A DNA stretch of 63,804 nucleotides, filler included, from Choristocarpus tenellus KU-1152 (GCA_964200185.2; 12 parts of 12 records of this genome joined end to end with filler, not necessarily neighbours in it), one strand, 5' to 3'; shown: positions 40,814 to 55,154, counted from the first letter of the whole stretch. The notes: generated from the letters alone by a model not told the origin. Numbers and translations: made by a program.

Positions 40814-41470
40814 TTTGACTGATGAAAATCTTTAGTGTTTAAAATGAAGTTACCAATATCTATCCATCCCACGGGACTTTTCAGTCCACTCCTTTGAAAT
40901 TGGTCGAAGACAAACAGAGGTATACCCACTGTTGTACCCACCATTCTCGAAGTTGGTTCTACCACTTCCTCAATACAACAACGCAACTCGCAGCATTGAA
41001 CGGCAGTATCCGTAGCCTGAGAAGGTCTAAGGACACCGCCAACCCTCTGATTGGCACGGTCGGTTAGAGTGAAGATGGTGAGTGCTTTTTAAATGTTAGG
41101 AGTTGCCCTCTAGCTCGTCAAAGTGCAAATGCTTTTTGACCGTGAAACGGCAGTCCATTTAAGGGACATAGTCGAAAGTTCAGGAGCAAAAAGGGGGAAT
41201 GAAGTATGTGACTTCCTTTCTTGTGAGAATTCTGTCACCTTTGCATCGCCAAGCAGTTTTCTTGCAAGTATTTTCTCCTGAGCGGTGCTAACGGAGTCTG
41301 TTAACAGACAGGCCCTGACCTGGCACTCTGTCGATCTTTTTACTGAGAGAACTATCACCATAAACTAGGCGAAGATATTATTAGGCGACAGCGTCAAAAA
41401 ATTCATGAGATTCCCTAATGTGGTTGCTTACCACAATATCTTGTCCTGGCTCTGTGGTCTCCGTTCGTGA

Positions 41471-41743
<273 letters not shown>

Positions 41744-43219
41744 TGACCCCAGAGCTCTAACGATATTACAATAACGAGGGGTTGTCAGTGGCAGTTGTAA
41801 ATTGGTGTGCCTTCAAGTCTCCATATCTTTCAATCAACGGGCAGACATCCTATGATCTGGTCGCACTACCTTCTACTAACCTTGAACAGAAGTCTAGGAG
41901 ATAACATTGCTGCAGTCCTGGCAGAGATCCCTCGAGCCTAAACACCTTGTAGATAGAAAGGGTTCGCTGAGGCCGGATCGTGCTGCACGAAGCCGCACCC
42001 TGTCCCGCACAAAACTACTCATGTAGACAACGTTCCTCGCTCATTTCATTCCCACCGTTCCTAAATTGATTTAGTGCCTTCCAATTTTCGCACAAATCGA
42101 TTTTGGAACATCTCAAATCATTAGCGGGTTAAGCCCTTTGTGGCTAGTTGCCGTGTTTTGCATAACAGATCAAACACTCCCTGAGCAACCCCCAACTACC
42201 CGCGTAGTGTCCACCTACTCCGTGACGGTTAGCACCTCTTGGACTCCTTGCAGCGCAAATCACACTTCACGCCTTAGCAGATGGCCGGAGTTTTCACCAT
42301 ACACAACATATCTTACATTTGGTGCTCAGATTTCCTGAAGAGGCTTTGTTGCCACTATTTACTTTTTCTTGTGTTGTGGATGGAGAGGGTTAAAGTTGAT
42401 GGGGGCGGTAGAGACGCTCCACTCTGTCCCACCTGACTTTGCCCAAGTTGCGACTTGGGAGTTGGCATGAGGGTAACTCGTTGTGGGAACTGAGAGCTGT
42501 GCATTTCCACCTGTCTCCTGTACGCATCACACTTCGGATTTGGTAGCCTATCTACCTCACATGGTTTTGAATTTGTAGTTTTGTGTTTTTGGGCGAGCCT
42601 GGTAACCTGTGCATTTTTCCATGGCTCCTTAGGAACTAGGAATTGGACCCAAAATGTGCACGTACTCACCAGAGACCCCCCCAACCGCGCCCGTACACCA
42701 AAGTGTAAGACGGCCTACCCACTCTACTCAAATATGCCCAGAATGGATAGATTCACATATGTAAGATAAGTTAAATACAATGACTTTGTGTAAATTAAAT
42801 AATGGTTTTGTGCCACCTTGCCCGTCCAACAAGCACAAAGAGGGGTTTGAGTCACCGCCAGGCAAACGGTTTCCACCTCTAAAGGGATTATTGTTACAGG
42901 CAGCACCAATCGAAGCAGACAGTCAGTTGCCCTCGGGTGAAGCAAGTCCTGAGTATGGCGTAGGTGCGGGGTGGGGGGGGGGGGGGGGGGGGGGGGGGGT
43001 TTTTTCGGTTTTTAAGGGTGGAGAAGACAGAAGGGGGAAAGCGGCGGNNNNNNNNNNNNNNNNNNNNNNNNNNNNNNNNNNNNNNNNNNNNTTAATTAAT
43101 TAANNNNNNNNNNNNNNNNNNNNNNNNNNNNNNNNNNNNNNNNNNNNCCCCCATCGCATTTGCTGCCCCCCCCCCCCCCCCCTCCACCCCCACTCCCAAA
43201 TCTTCACATGAACACACTA

Positions 43220-46200
43220 ACCTGACTGGGACGGCTGGTGGGAAAGAGCAGGATATAACCCGCCGGTTTCAACACCAAACGGCGTTTGCTGCATCGACCC
43301 TGGAAAAGGTGAACAATATCATGACCTGGCAGGAGCCCTGTGCCTCGGCTGCTCTCTCCGTGATTGCGGTCTCTGCATCCATGCTGTTATCTCTTGTGCT
43401 TTATGCTGCAGGAGAGAGACTGAGGGATTTGTGTTTCTGGGGGGGACTTGTGCTCTTCGTTCCACACAAGGCTGTCCTGTGGGGGAAGGGCATGATTTGG
43501 AGCAGGGGGGAGAAGGGAAGGATGGGTTCTGTACCTGGGGAAGGCGGTGGGTTGTGGAATAGTGCTGTGCCTTACACGAGGGTAGTCGGGGCGATATCGA
43601 AGGTGAGAGGATTTGATTGGGGAAGGGAAGTAACCGCTTTGTTGTCTTGTGTATTGGGGCTATTGAAGTGTTTTGTGTTACGGAGTTGATGATGAGCTTG
43701 CTTGGGTAGAGACAGCTCAAGACTCTCGACGGGGGAGTGTCCTTTGCGTGTTATTGAATGTCATTGTTGTGTTTTGTGTTACAGAGTTGATGATGAGCTT
43801 GCTTGGGGAGAGAGAGCTCAAAACACTGAGAGGGAAGTGCCGTTCATGTGTTGTTGTGTTGTGTGTTGTGTGTTATGGAGTTGATGATGAGCTTGCTTGG
43901 GGAGAGACAGCTCAAAACACTCGAGGGGGAAGTGTCCTTTGCGTGTTGTTGAATGTCATTGTTGTTGTGTTGTGTTGGTTCTGTGATAGATGTTGACTTA
44001 GTTAAGATTGCACTGCTGAGTCGTTGGAGCAAAGAGGTCTGGTTGTTTTACACACAGGCTGTAAGGGTGAGAGTGGGATCCTTTTGTCACCTCGAGTGAA
44101 GAGTGTTTTTTTATTTAAGGGGATAGTGGCAACAGCAAAAAAGAAGATAGGAAGCACTAAAGTAAAATTGAAAGTCTTTGCGGTAAATATATTTTAGCTT
44201 GGCACACATTCTAAGGATAGACACACATTTACAGTGTCCCCTTCCCCTCTCCCCCACGATCATTTCCATCGCATACACATATGTGTTCGCCCTCATGTGC
44301 TCTATCACCAGGGAGGTGAGCCTGTGCCTCACCCTACAAAGGAGGACCGAGATGTGAGCAACTATGGCTCTCTTTCTTCCCCCAAACTTGGCTCCTCGGA
44401 CCCTAGTGCCCCGGAGAACATATTTGTTGCAGGCGGAGTTTTGCTGAGTAAGGGCTGGGAGGCTGGGGGTGCAGCTGGAGCTGGGGGGGAGGGGGGAGGG
44501 GAGGAAGTCGGTGTAGGGCTTAATGATGTGCTGGAGGGGAAGGGTGGACCATGGAAGCTTCAGTGGTGTCAGGTTTGTGCTGCCTTTTACCTGGGTTTCT
44601 ACAAGGGTATGTTGGCGTGAAATAGGTGTGATTGAAGCGTTATGTGTACTGATCTCTTTACTGCCATCCTGGTAAAAGAAGAGGAAGGCATGTTGAAAAA
44701 GGGGCGTGACAAGGAAAACTTGGTTCTGCAAACTGATTGTACTCACTAAACAGCCAAAAATGCTCTCCGCAGATGTGTATAGTGTCTCCCAAGAACATGT
44801 GCCACCAAAAAAAAAAGTCACGAGGCCCTTGGTTACTTAGGTTCAAATGTATGCGATTTAGTACTTAAGGATTAAGGTATTTCCAGTGCTTCAAAGCTGC
44901 ATGAACACTCATTTTTAAGTGTAGATCCAGGGGGAGGGAGAGGTACAAGGGTAGAAATAGAGTTGAGCTATACAAAATTGGGGTATCATTAGCCCATCAC
45001 AAACAAAAGTACACATATTCTGACATCATCAGTGAAGCTAACCATCTCTTGCCATGCACAAACCTATACTCCCCCCCCCACCACCACCTCCACACTGTTC
45101 TCCTCAATCTGCCCTTGGAAGGTGATAAAAGACCCCCCTTCGCTGGTGGCCTACGACAGGGTGCCGCCAGCCCCTCCACAAGCAATGCCATCAGCAGCAT
45201 CGACCAAGGCGATATCCCCACGAAACAGGTCTACGGTACTGAGCCTTGGCAGGCGGGGAGAGGCTAGCAAGAAGCTGTGGACTTCAATATCATCAGGTGC
45301 GAGCAAGGCGCTGGCAGACGCAGGCAAGGTCGTCAATACCAGCACTGCCACGGACTCTTCCTCGACAGCCATGTCAATGACAAGGGCGGGGACAGGGGGG
45401 TCCTCAGGAGGACATCCGGGACTTCGATCTGCAGCTGAGTCAGTGAAGAGCTCATTGTTAGAACGGGGCTCTCGGATACGGCGTCGGCAAAGACACTTTC
45501 AGGGGTTGGGGTTGAAATTGGGGGGATTGCGGGGATTGGACTCTGGGTCAGTGGAGACCAACTCAGGATCAGCAGGGCCTACATCAGGACTGGAGGAGGG
45601 GGTTGGTGAGCCCGATGGGGGTTTGGTGTTGAGTGAGGGAAGGCGTACGTCTGATGCAGATGTGAGTGCAGTTTCAGAGGATGGGCAGAGAGCAGTCCTA
45701 GACGTTAGCCCAGGCAAGGGAGGGTGGTATGACCGAGGAAGGGCTGGTGCATTTGTTGATGAAGGGGTCAAGGGAGGTGTTGCCAGCAGCGGTAGTAGGG
45801 GTGGTCTATCCGTGGACCGTAAATCAGAGACTGCAGTGCGTCCATTCTCATGGGGTGGAGATGTACTTGGGGAGGGAGACGGCATGTCGAAAGGGACACA
45901 TTCAACCTCCAGACGCTCATCGTATCCATCACGATCCTCAGAAACAAGTGTTATCAGGGAAAGGGAGGAGTTGGGGCGTGCTGCTTTCTCACCAGAAGCG
46001 AACTCTGGGCAAGGCGTTCATCTGGATGATGGGTGTGACATGGTGTTGAGGGAAGAGGGGGCAGGGGCAGTAGAGGAGAGAATAGATGAGGTTGGAGGAG
46101 GGCCACCTTTGGGAGAAGGGGAGGAGGAGAGGGTACCGGCAGCAATGCTGGTAGCTGTGATCGACCTTGCGCAGGCGATAGTCAGGGATACACAGAAGAT

Positions 46201-49200
46201 CGTGACTGAACAGGCGAGTCCAATTCGGGGGAGAGAGGAAGAACGGAAAGGTTTTTTTAATCAATTCGTCGTACTTATGTTTTGTATTAGTCCCTCTACC
46301 CATGGGCCAGACAGGTCTACTTCCCAGTCTGACTCGAACAGATCTGTTCTCTTCGAAAGGCTACTCCATGTGAGATATTGCAGCAAAGTGTCTTCAGGCT
46401 GCCGCTGTGTATTTGGAGTTGTTAGAAATGCACCACTTTGATCTACTCCAAGAAAAAATAAATATATATATATATTGTTAAAAAATCCACACTACATCAG
46501 AAGTATAATGTGTAGAATAATGGTCTGGTCAACCATCCGGCAGTCATCGAGTACCCTGGGACATATGCATAGACCTCGCCGGGAATAATAATAAAAAACA
46601 GGTATCAGGAATTTCGTGTCAGTACCCCCCCCACCCTTTTTTTAATTGTACTGTGGAAACAGTGATAGAGAGGGGTGTGTTTGTCACAGGCGTACCGTAC
46701 GAGTGCCTAGTTTGTGTGGTTGAATCACTTATTTTTTATTTGTGTTTTCAGTCCTAACCCTAAGCCTTTTTATTTGGCTGAGAGGTTGACCGCACCGAGG
46801 TTGGGGTTTTTTTGTTTTTGTTTTTCTTCCTCTTCCAGGAGAATTTTCCGGGCATTGAAACCCCAGAAGAGAGTGGTTCCTCGCCCGGATTGAATGGATT
46901 GGGTTGTTTTTTTTATCTCCAGTCAAAGTCAAGCGTGACTCTTTTCTCGAAGGTCCTTTTCAATAGCCGTCACTATGTTTGCATGTTGTGCGTGTGCGCG
47001 CTGAGGATGTCGGGAGGCTTGCATGTGTAGAGAGTCAATCTCTCCCAGGGTGGACCTTGTGCATAGTTCGGTTTCTTTTTTCTTTTTTTTCATTTAAAAT
47101 TTGAATTTATTTTTATTTTTGGGTCTATGGCTGTCTTAACCACAACATCGTTGCCAGTCCACCTGCTGACCGGGTATTTGTGTAGGTATACATAAAATTC
47201 AAACATGGCCAAGTCCATTCATTGCCATCGATTTTCTTCAACGTAGCCAGGCCACTTGTCTCTCCCTGTGAGATTGTGCTGGGTGGGTGATGGACGTGGT
47301 ATCTGCCTGGCCCAGTGAAACCCGCTGGTCTTTTTTAGTCACACCCAAGGTTTTGAAATGGTGTGTATTGTGTGTTGTTTTGTACTGTGACTTCTGTGAC
47401 CACTGCCTCGAGGGGTGTGCCATCAAGCGACAACTGTGTTGGTTCTGCAAGGATGGAGTGGGGAAAATAAAATAAAAAACAGTAACCATTGTGTTTTTCT
47501 TACGTAGTTCAGACGTGATGACTATGAAAACCTTGACTCTTAAACCCAAAAAATTATGGTAACAGTAAATAGTAATAGTAAAATATGGGGGGGGGGGTTA
47601 GGGTTAGGGTTAGGGATAAGGTGTGCAGGAATGTGTTCTCACTGCATCAAATATGATGATGAAAAAATGCTGCTCCATTGATGTGAATGAAGTTCTTCAT
47701 CCCGCCCTCTGCCTACCCTATATGCAGTTTGTCCAAGACTGCTGCGGTGCTGGCGCACGCCTTGATCTACTGGGAACTTCCACTCCCCGTCGACCTTCCC
47801 TTGATGTTGGGCCAGACAATAGAGACCACCTTGTCATGGTAAGATGCAGAGTAGTAGGTGCGTCCCTAACAATGTGTGTTGTACAAACACACATCCGTCC
47901 CCCCACTAGTTTATTTCATGCGTGTTGGATAGGAGTGGGGAGCGACACATTCTTTTTTTTTGTGTTGCGTGTGTGGAATGCTTGTTGCTTGCTGGAGTAG
48001 TAAGCACATTATCTGCACTGTATATATATCATGATGGCACAGAGTTGGGTGTAAGACATGAGTGTGACTGCTAGAGGGCGCCCTCCGGCGGTGCCCGATT
48101 CGAAATTATTTTTGTTAAATGCGGGATGAAGATGTTCCGGGTTTTTTTTTAGGGAGCGACGGGGTACAAAGCTCTCGTGCGTTTGGAAAGTTTAGAAAAC
48201 GCATAGTGAGTGTGTTGGAATTTTGGCGTAGCATATTTATTGTTAGGGTTAGGGTTAGGGTTATTTGGTGTGCGCAGCAGTGTGGCAGGCGTGAAGATTT
48301 TGACGCCCACCCCCCGTACCCACTCTAGGAGAACAGGTGTGTCCGTGCTTGTTGTTTTGCCCCTTGAATTCACTTGCATTTGCATGCTCTGCAACTGCTG
48401 GCGCGTGGCAAGCTGCAGACACTCTCCGGTACACGCTTTTCAAGGTATTTCGGCACAGGTTTTTTGGACCAAACGTACGTGTGTGTAACTCCTCCTACCT
48501 CTGAACAGCTCCAATGTCCCTACCATTCCCACCCCTGATATATGCAAGAGGTGTGTTAGTAGCCACACCCTTCGCACACTCACATCAAGAGCCATGCTCC
48601 CAAAATGCACTTCAGAGTGCCACCATGCGTGTGCTGGAGCTACGGCTGCCCGACAAGGTCCTGGGCGACCGCCTCTACTTTTTTGCTCACCCTAACCCTA
48701 AGGCGTTCCGAGAATGGATGCGGACCCTTCAAGCGGTGACGACTGGGGAAGTAGGAAAAGGAGGACATAAAATGATGAGCAAGGTTTGATAAAGGAAGGG
48801 TTGGCCTTGTTTGTGTATGTATCAGCGGATGTGCTTTGTATGTGTTGGTGTACCTCAAAGAGTTGATGGGTTTGTAGATGGTGCTCTCGAGTAGTATACG
48901 AGCAGTGGAACATGGTTTTTTGTTATGTTATCTTGGGCAATTCGTGCTTTGAGAATGTTGAGACATCAAGACCTTGCTCACAGCGACATAGCTCGGTACT
49001 ACCTGTTTAACGCTGCACTCCCAACACACACACACACACACCGGCTCTTTGAACTGGGTTGTGTCAAGCTTGTTCTGTTGGTACTGATGTCAATGGAGGC
49101 GCCTTCCCTGGTATGGCAAGATAATTGTTTTCCATTACATCTTATAGGCCCTACAATTGGACCTATAAGCTCACATGCTCACCATGCTCTCGAACACATA

Positions 49201-50132
49201 GCGGTAGAGTGAAGTTGATTTTTAGTATAATATACATTCTCATACCTCTGCAAGAGAAGAAACCTCCTGAAAACGTTGATGTACCTGTGACTCAAGAAGA
49301 ACCCAATGCCAGGCCCTGACCTAAAACTCTCAACCACCCCCAGTGGTACACACAAGCTCTCGGATACACACCTTCCACCATGCACGTACCATTTTTTTCC
49401 CCCTGTCTACCACACCACCCACAGTTACCAACACTGGAAGCTTTTGAGAGGTTACCTCCACGTCCCTTGCATTCGCCGGTGTTCGCTTCCCCTACCTATC
49501 AAGTGGGGGGAGGGCTGGGCTTCCGCTCCCCTCGTGCAAGGCTTGGATTGGGGGGGGGGAGGGGAAACTCACCCACTCGATCATCTGTTAACCACAGTCT
49601 CGGGCCTGCGTTTGACGTTGATGGTAGGTATAGTCCGGGCGAGGTTTCCAATGCCGCATCTGTCCCTACCGTTGTGAGCTCCTCTGAGGTGCCTGTCTTG
49701 GGGCAGGGTCCTGGTGGGAAAGGTGATGAACTGGAGGGCGCTGAGAATAATGGCGCTGAGAGAGGGGAAGGTGGAGGCCAGGGGAAGGGAGGGCAAGAAG
49801 CAGTATCACCTTGCATGGGGGATGGTGGAGATGGTGGTCGTGAGGTGCTCAGACCAAATACATCTGTAGGGGGGGAAGAGATAGGATCAGCAGGGGCAGT
49901 CACTACTACAACAGCACCGCAGGGGGATTCGGGAAACGCCTTGCAAATGGAGGTGGTGAGTAGATAGAAGGACTTGAAATCCTTTGGGCTATGCCCATGC
50001 GGGTTCAAACCCCGTCATCGACGTGATATTGTTGTCCTGTTCGAGTAATGGAAATGGCTTTGTGTTTTCCCTAAATGATGTAAGCCCCTATACTAGTACT
50101 ACTTCTAGTAGAATTATTATTATTATCCCAAC

Positions 50133-50164
<32 letters not shown>

Positions 50165-50613
50165 AGGCAGTAGAGGAGTGTGAGGGATCCCAAATCCATT
50201 ATCGAAAAAAGGAGAATTCAAGAGAAGTAAGCCCACAAAGAATACACCTTTGAGTAGACAGCAACAATGGTCATGGTGGTTGGTTGGGCCTTGCGTGTTG
50301 GTTTCGGGTGACGCACATGAGGTATTACAGCTTTGTTAGAACTCAGGGTGGAGCATTAGGTGGTTACTCTGCATGCTTTTGAGCTGATCTACTCCTGATG
50401 ATATTGGAGGAGGTATTCTTTGACAGACTTGACTAAAGGAGGTTTTGATGAAGCCTTGTTGGTCATTACATGTATAGAGATGATGCGTTATTTGCGTCCT
50501 CTTGCCATCCTGACTGTCAGGTTCATCGGCATGGACCCGCTGTTGATGAGAAGGGGACTTTGGGGGACCATTGGAGTACTTCCGCACGCACTCACAGGGA
50601 GAAACGCACCAAG
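43220..50613 (+). CDS. Large multi-exon protein fragment: MCTP/PRT_C-like membrane segment followed by a split PH-like domain. Exons ~43220-43602, 44312-44572, 45122-~46368, 47728-47838, 48616-48750, ~49440-49952, ~50428-50613
   Basis: RFQHQTAFAASTLEKVNNIMTWQEPCASAALSVIAV plus hydrophobic helices; GVLLSKG..GPWKLQWCQ|VIKDPPSLVAYD; VAVIDLAQAIV; LYFFAHPNPKAFREWMRTLQ (PH C-terminal helix with conserved W). The exons checked keep phase. Confidence 0.65.
43670..43975. repeat. ~95-100 bp tandem repeat x3 (gttacggagttgatgatgagcttgcttggggagagacagctcaa...)
   Basis: Three similar copies, intronic. Confidence 0.88.
49967..50023 (+). pseudogene. 5'-truncated tRNA-Ser(UGA) fragment
   Basis: Anticodon arm AAGGA-CTTGAAA-TCCTT, variable arm GGGC-TAT-GCCC, T arm GCGGGTTCAAACCCCGT and 3' acceptor strand CATCGACG. 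No 5' acceptor strand or D arm upstream. Confidence 0.8.
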
Positions 50614-50757
50614 GTGAGTGCGGGAAGTAGTGAGCACGGGGGGGGGGGGGGGTAGGGNNNNNNNNNNNNNNNNNNNNNNNNNNNNNNNNNNNNNNNNNNN
50701 NTTAATTAATTAANNNNNNNNNNNNNNNNNNNNNNNNNNNNNNNNNNNNNNNNNNNN

Positions 50758-51380
50758 TGTTTGTTGGATTCTTGGGATGCCTCCCTAGCTCCCCCCCCTG
50801 GGGCACAGGAGTAGGTAGATGGGAAGCACAGGAAGGCAGTAGTATAATATTGATTGTGGTGAACTAACAGATCGATTAGTATTTTTCACCCAATGTTTTA
50901 TAGTGTTTTCACATCATGATATTTTATTTCTTTAGGGCTTATACTGAAATATGTATAGTTTTCATTTGTTTTCCCGCTGAGACATCTGAAAAATGTCAAA
51001 GGGCATAATAATATGCAATGGTGCAGGATATTTGTGTATTCGTTTTTTCAGTACCGTGTTTGTGCAAAATGAAATTCACTATTGAAAAGTTTTATCTATC
51101 ATCCCGTATTGTGTAGGTAGTGTTTTTCATTATCAAATTTTATGAAATTCCTCATTTCAAGTTGGAAACAATACTGAAAAGCACAGGAATAGATACATTG
51201 GAGGTGCAGGAAGGCAGTGGTACAATATAGATAGTAGTGACATGACAAATAGATTAATATTTTTTCACATTTGTGATAACTTTTATTTCTTTAGGGCTTA
51301 TACTGACATATGAATAGTTTTCATTGGTTTCCCCCCTGACACATCTCCAAAATGTCAGCAGGCATAATAATAAATTATAT
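50758..51380 (+). mobile_element. 3' terminus of the same RLE/CRE-like element, with the 3' UTR tandemly duplicated
   Basis: gattcttgggatgcctccctagctcc matches the reverse complement of 18120-18145. Both 50820-51015 and 51200-51375 resemble the reverse complement of 17895-18090. Confidence 0.7.
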
Positions 51381-54300
51381 AGTGAAAACCATTATGACCT
51401 CGGTAAGACCCTCAGGGCAACAATCAAAGGTTTGATGATCTCGTAGAAGAATTATCCAATCGAACTGATCAATACCCATTTGTCCCAGCCAACCAAAATG
51501 CTACAAAAGCTGCATTGTTAAGACAAGACTGACAATGGTTTGGGTACCATGGCAGATGCGCGTGCTATGTTTGCTAGCATGTCCCACACTTTTCGCTGCC
51601 TCAGTCGAAACCTCAATCGTTAGGCAGGAACTAGGTCTACCTCACCAGAACAGGACGTCCATGCACGATGAGGTATCAAGCCAACTTCACTGCCACTCCA
51701 AGAGGTTGTCAACAGTGTACCACCAACCCTCGCATCGATGCTTCGACCTGTTTTAACCCGAAACTCCTCGCCCGCTGTCTGTGCTACCATAAACATACAA
51801 CCTGCTTCGGTTCCTGTGAAATACGGGCCTCCTTCATTCCAAAAAGCAATGCACCAAAACCCGTTCGACCAGTCACATCCGTTCCCCACCCAGCCTGTGG
51901 TTCGATCCCCACTTGCTTTAGCACAGACAGGGTGAGGGATCGAAGTCGACACCATTCAGGAAAGACCTACCTCCATAACTAAATCCATCGAGGAATGTCC
52001 AGGGAAGGGTCGAAATAGACGGAAGCTAGCACGGGCTACGGCAGACTGCTGTTTCGTCACGACGCGGCGACCAAGCGTGTTGAAGATGGTTTGAATTTGC
52101 GTGTCTCCTTCCGTTGGCGTTTCTTGTTTTTTTCTTTTTGATAGTGAATTTCATTTCGTCCGTATATTTGTACTGATTTTCGTAGTGGATTATCTTACCG
52201 GTGTTGGACAAAACACCAGAATGAATTCATTTTCTGCAAGGACTTACTTGCTCCGATGAATTCAAAGGAAACTAATGGAAATCCTACCTAACTATAGAAC
52301 CATAGAACCATAGAATCATAATTGTTTACAACCAAGTATTTGCTGATGAAATAAAAATATGGTTGGACGTTCAAGAGTGAGGATCCAAAACGTGATCCAT
52401 ACTCCATTAAATAAATTCGTACGTATGTTATCGAACTCACTTTTCTCCTCACACTTCTATTTATGATGAATTTGATGGATGAATTTGATGGATGATTTTG
52501 ATGGGATCCTTTTATTGAATTGCAACATTTTTCTATTGAACCATGACGTGGTAGATCATAAATCAATTTATGATTATTTTGATGGATTATTATGATGGAA
52601 TCCACAACAAGATCGTTGGAGATTTTTACAAAATGTACTTTTGTGGTTGTTGTAATTTAAATATTACAATATTTTTTGGTTCATTTTTTGGTCTTGTTCT
52701 CTTTGATTGAAGTGCATATACCTATATGAGAGAGGGTAAGGACAACCAAAAATATCCTCTCTTGTATCTTGAGACTGCAGAAATATGCCCTACACTCGGG
52801 CAGGATAGGTGGAGCAGTCCACAAAACCAGACACACCCACAAGATTCAGATTTGACCAAACAGTCAGGACTGTCAGAACAAAGATCCATTCCGGTTCTGA
52901 TTAATCCATTTTCCTGCTCTAACATTGCCCAGTCATTCTGTGACATCTCTTATGCACTAAGATTTTGATTCTGTTCTAAACCTCCTCTAATGATGTTGGG
53001 ATGCTGGAGCAAAGCCTGTAAAACTCCCAAAGGTGACCCTAACCCATGCCCACCTAAGCGACCATGCCACCTCACACCGGAACCTTGTCCTATCTGCATT
53101 TCCCAGATATAACTCCCAGTATTCCCCTTCACCTGTCCACACCTCCTTAACCTGGGCTGTTAAAACATAGGCTACTCATCTGTTGTTCGTTTATAGGATA
53201 CAGTTCCACCAGTCAACACTGACTGTTGATTGCTCTGTTACGCTCTGGACATTACTGTCACAATATTTCCCACATCAATTACCATCAGAACACAGTAGCA
53301 TAGAACAGTTGCTCTGCGTTCCACACACAAGAATTGTATGTTACTTGAGTTGCATCACACATTGGTTCAAGCACAGGCTGTGGCTCGGCCCTTTTCCTCC
53401 ACACCCACACCCATCACCCCATCCCATGCCCCACCTGCCACCCTGGCAACCCCCGTAACTCTAATATGCTGCCGTGGAGAGGAGTGTTGGAATCAAAGCC
53501 GTGCTTGAATCCATCCATACACAATCGTCCTCTACCCCTTTCGCCATCCCAGAATTTATCTACTCTCCATCCCATCCCCTCACCTCTCAACCCCTTCCCC
53601 TTCTTTCCCTCCCTGCCCAAGCTGCTTAGAGCCACTCTCCCTGCACCATCAGGGCACATTTCGTCATGGTTGCTCACTCCACCCTACCTGGATGGTCAGC
53701 CTTTTTTAAAATGCAAACCACCCTTTCACATGCCCCCACAGCGGAACACACTTACCCATTCCCACCATCTTCAACCAAACCTACACCACCTTAATCAATC
53801 AAAGACCCCGCCCCCTACTTAGCAAGCTATAGCCCATTTAAATATCGCCACCTCAGCCCAAATCAACCTTTTCTCATCATACAACATTCTAGGCCAGAAC
53901 TTATACCCCACCCACCTCACACCACAGACCAGGGCACCCCTTCCCCCCCCACCCCCACCCACCCCCTACATCCCTGACCCTGATTTGGAGCCAGACTTGG
54001 GCCCAATGTCTAAATCACGAGTCCCGAAACCCGGCTGCTTCATCACCTCCCTACCCTCCGTGCCACATTCAACATGATATCCGCCCGGATCACTCAGAAC
54101 AGTGAGGCTCTCACAGCATCCTGACTTTATGTCCCTCTATTTCTAGAAACTGTCAGCTTCCCACCCAATACCTTCCTTTCTTCCCATGTCCATGAGGATG
54201 GGGGGGCCATGTTCGTGCTCCATCAAACTCTCTTGGGGTTGTAGGGTAACAATACAGAGTTTGGCCAAGTTTTCTCCTGCTGGGAGTTCACCTCTGAAGG

Positions 54301-54895
54301 GACGTCATACATGCCCCCCAACGATCAAGACTACCTCTTTGACACATACCCACTCGGAATGACTGAAATTGGCGAGTGGGTACTCCATACCATAGTCTAC
54401 CTTACTGGCAACCCTCTCCTTCCTCTCCTCCTTTCCCAATCCCATTCTCTCCCCACCCTTCCCTACCATCAACAGTGGGATCACTGCCTCCCGTACTTTC
54501 CCTCGCTCTCTCCACCCCAACCCACCCCACACCCCCTTCTACCCNNNNNNNNNNNNNNNNNNNNNNNNNNNNNNNNNNNNNNNNNNNNTTAATTAATTAA
54601 NNNNNNNNNNNNNNNNNNNNNNNNNNNNNNNNNNNNNNNNNNNNAATCATCCAAAAATCGCCGCATGGAAAAACAGGCCCCAATTGGACAGCCGCCCCCC
54701 CCCCCCCCAGATACTTTGAGCCTTGAAAGAAACCAAACAGCATGACACTCAAGAAAATCTTGTCATGTGAATGTCGTGAATATATTTCCACCGCAAGGTA
54801 TAGAGATCCATGCGCCTGCGTATTTTATTGACAAGCGAAAACGTAGGGGAAAAATCAGGACCTACAAGTAGAAGGAATGAAAAAATGTTATAGTT

Positions 54896-55154
54896 GAGTG
54901 AAATTATCTTAGAGGGTACTAGTTTTGCCCTGTTTGTCCATTTGGGACATGGTTTCCCATGTTTTTTAAAATGACATTTTCCTATTCCAAAATGTTTCGG
55001 AGTAGGTAAAATGTATACATTATGAATAGGTGTGTCCAAAACAAGGATATTGACAAATCCTAATAAACACGATAGCCAAAATTGCGTCAAAATCGCAACA
55101 ATGGATTTTGGACCCCAAATGGACGCGGCCCAACCCTCTGAGATACTTTGACTC
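54896..55154. mobile_element. MITE (36732-type, opposite orientation)
   Basis: GAGTGAAATTATCTTAGAGGGTA...CCCTCTGAGATACTTTGACTC; interior is the reverse complement of 36732-36986; flanks agtt/agta. Confidence 0.85.

Noticed and set aside
52700-54544. Possible copia pol remnant (CPIC, RT-like fragments)
   Set aside because: Too degenerate to support by eye; needs tBLASTx.
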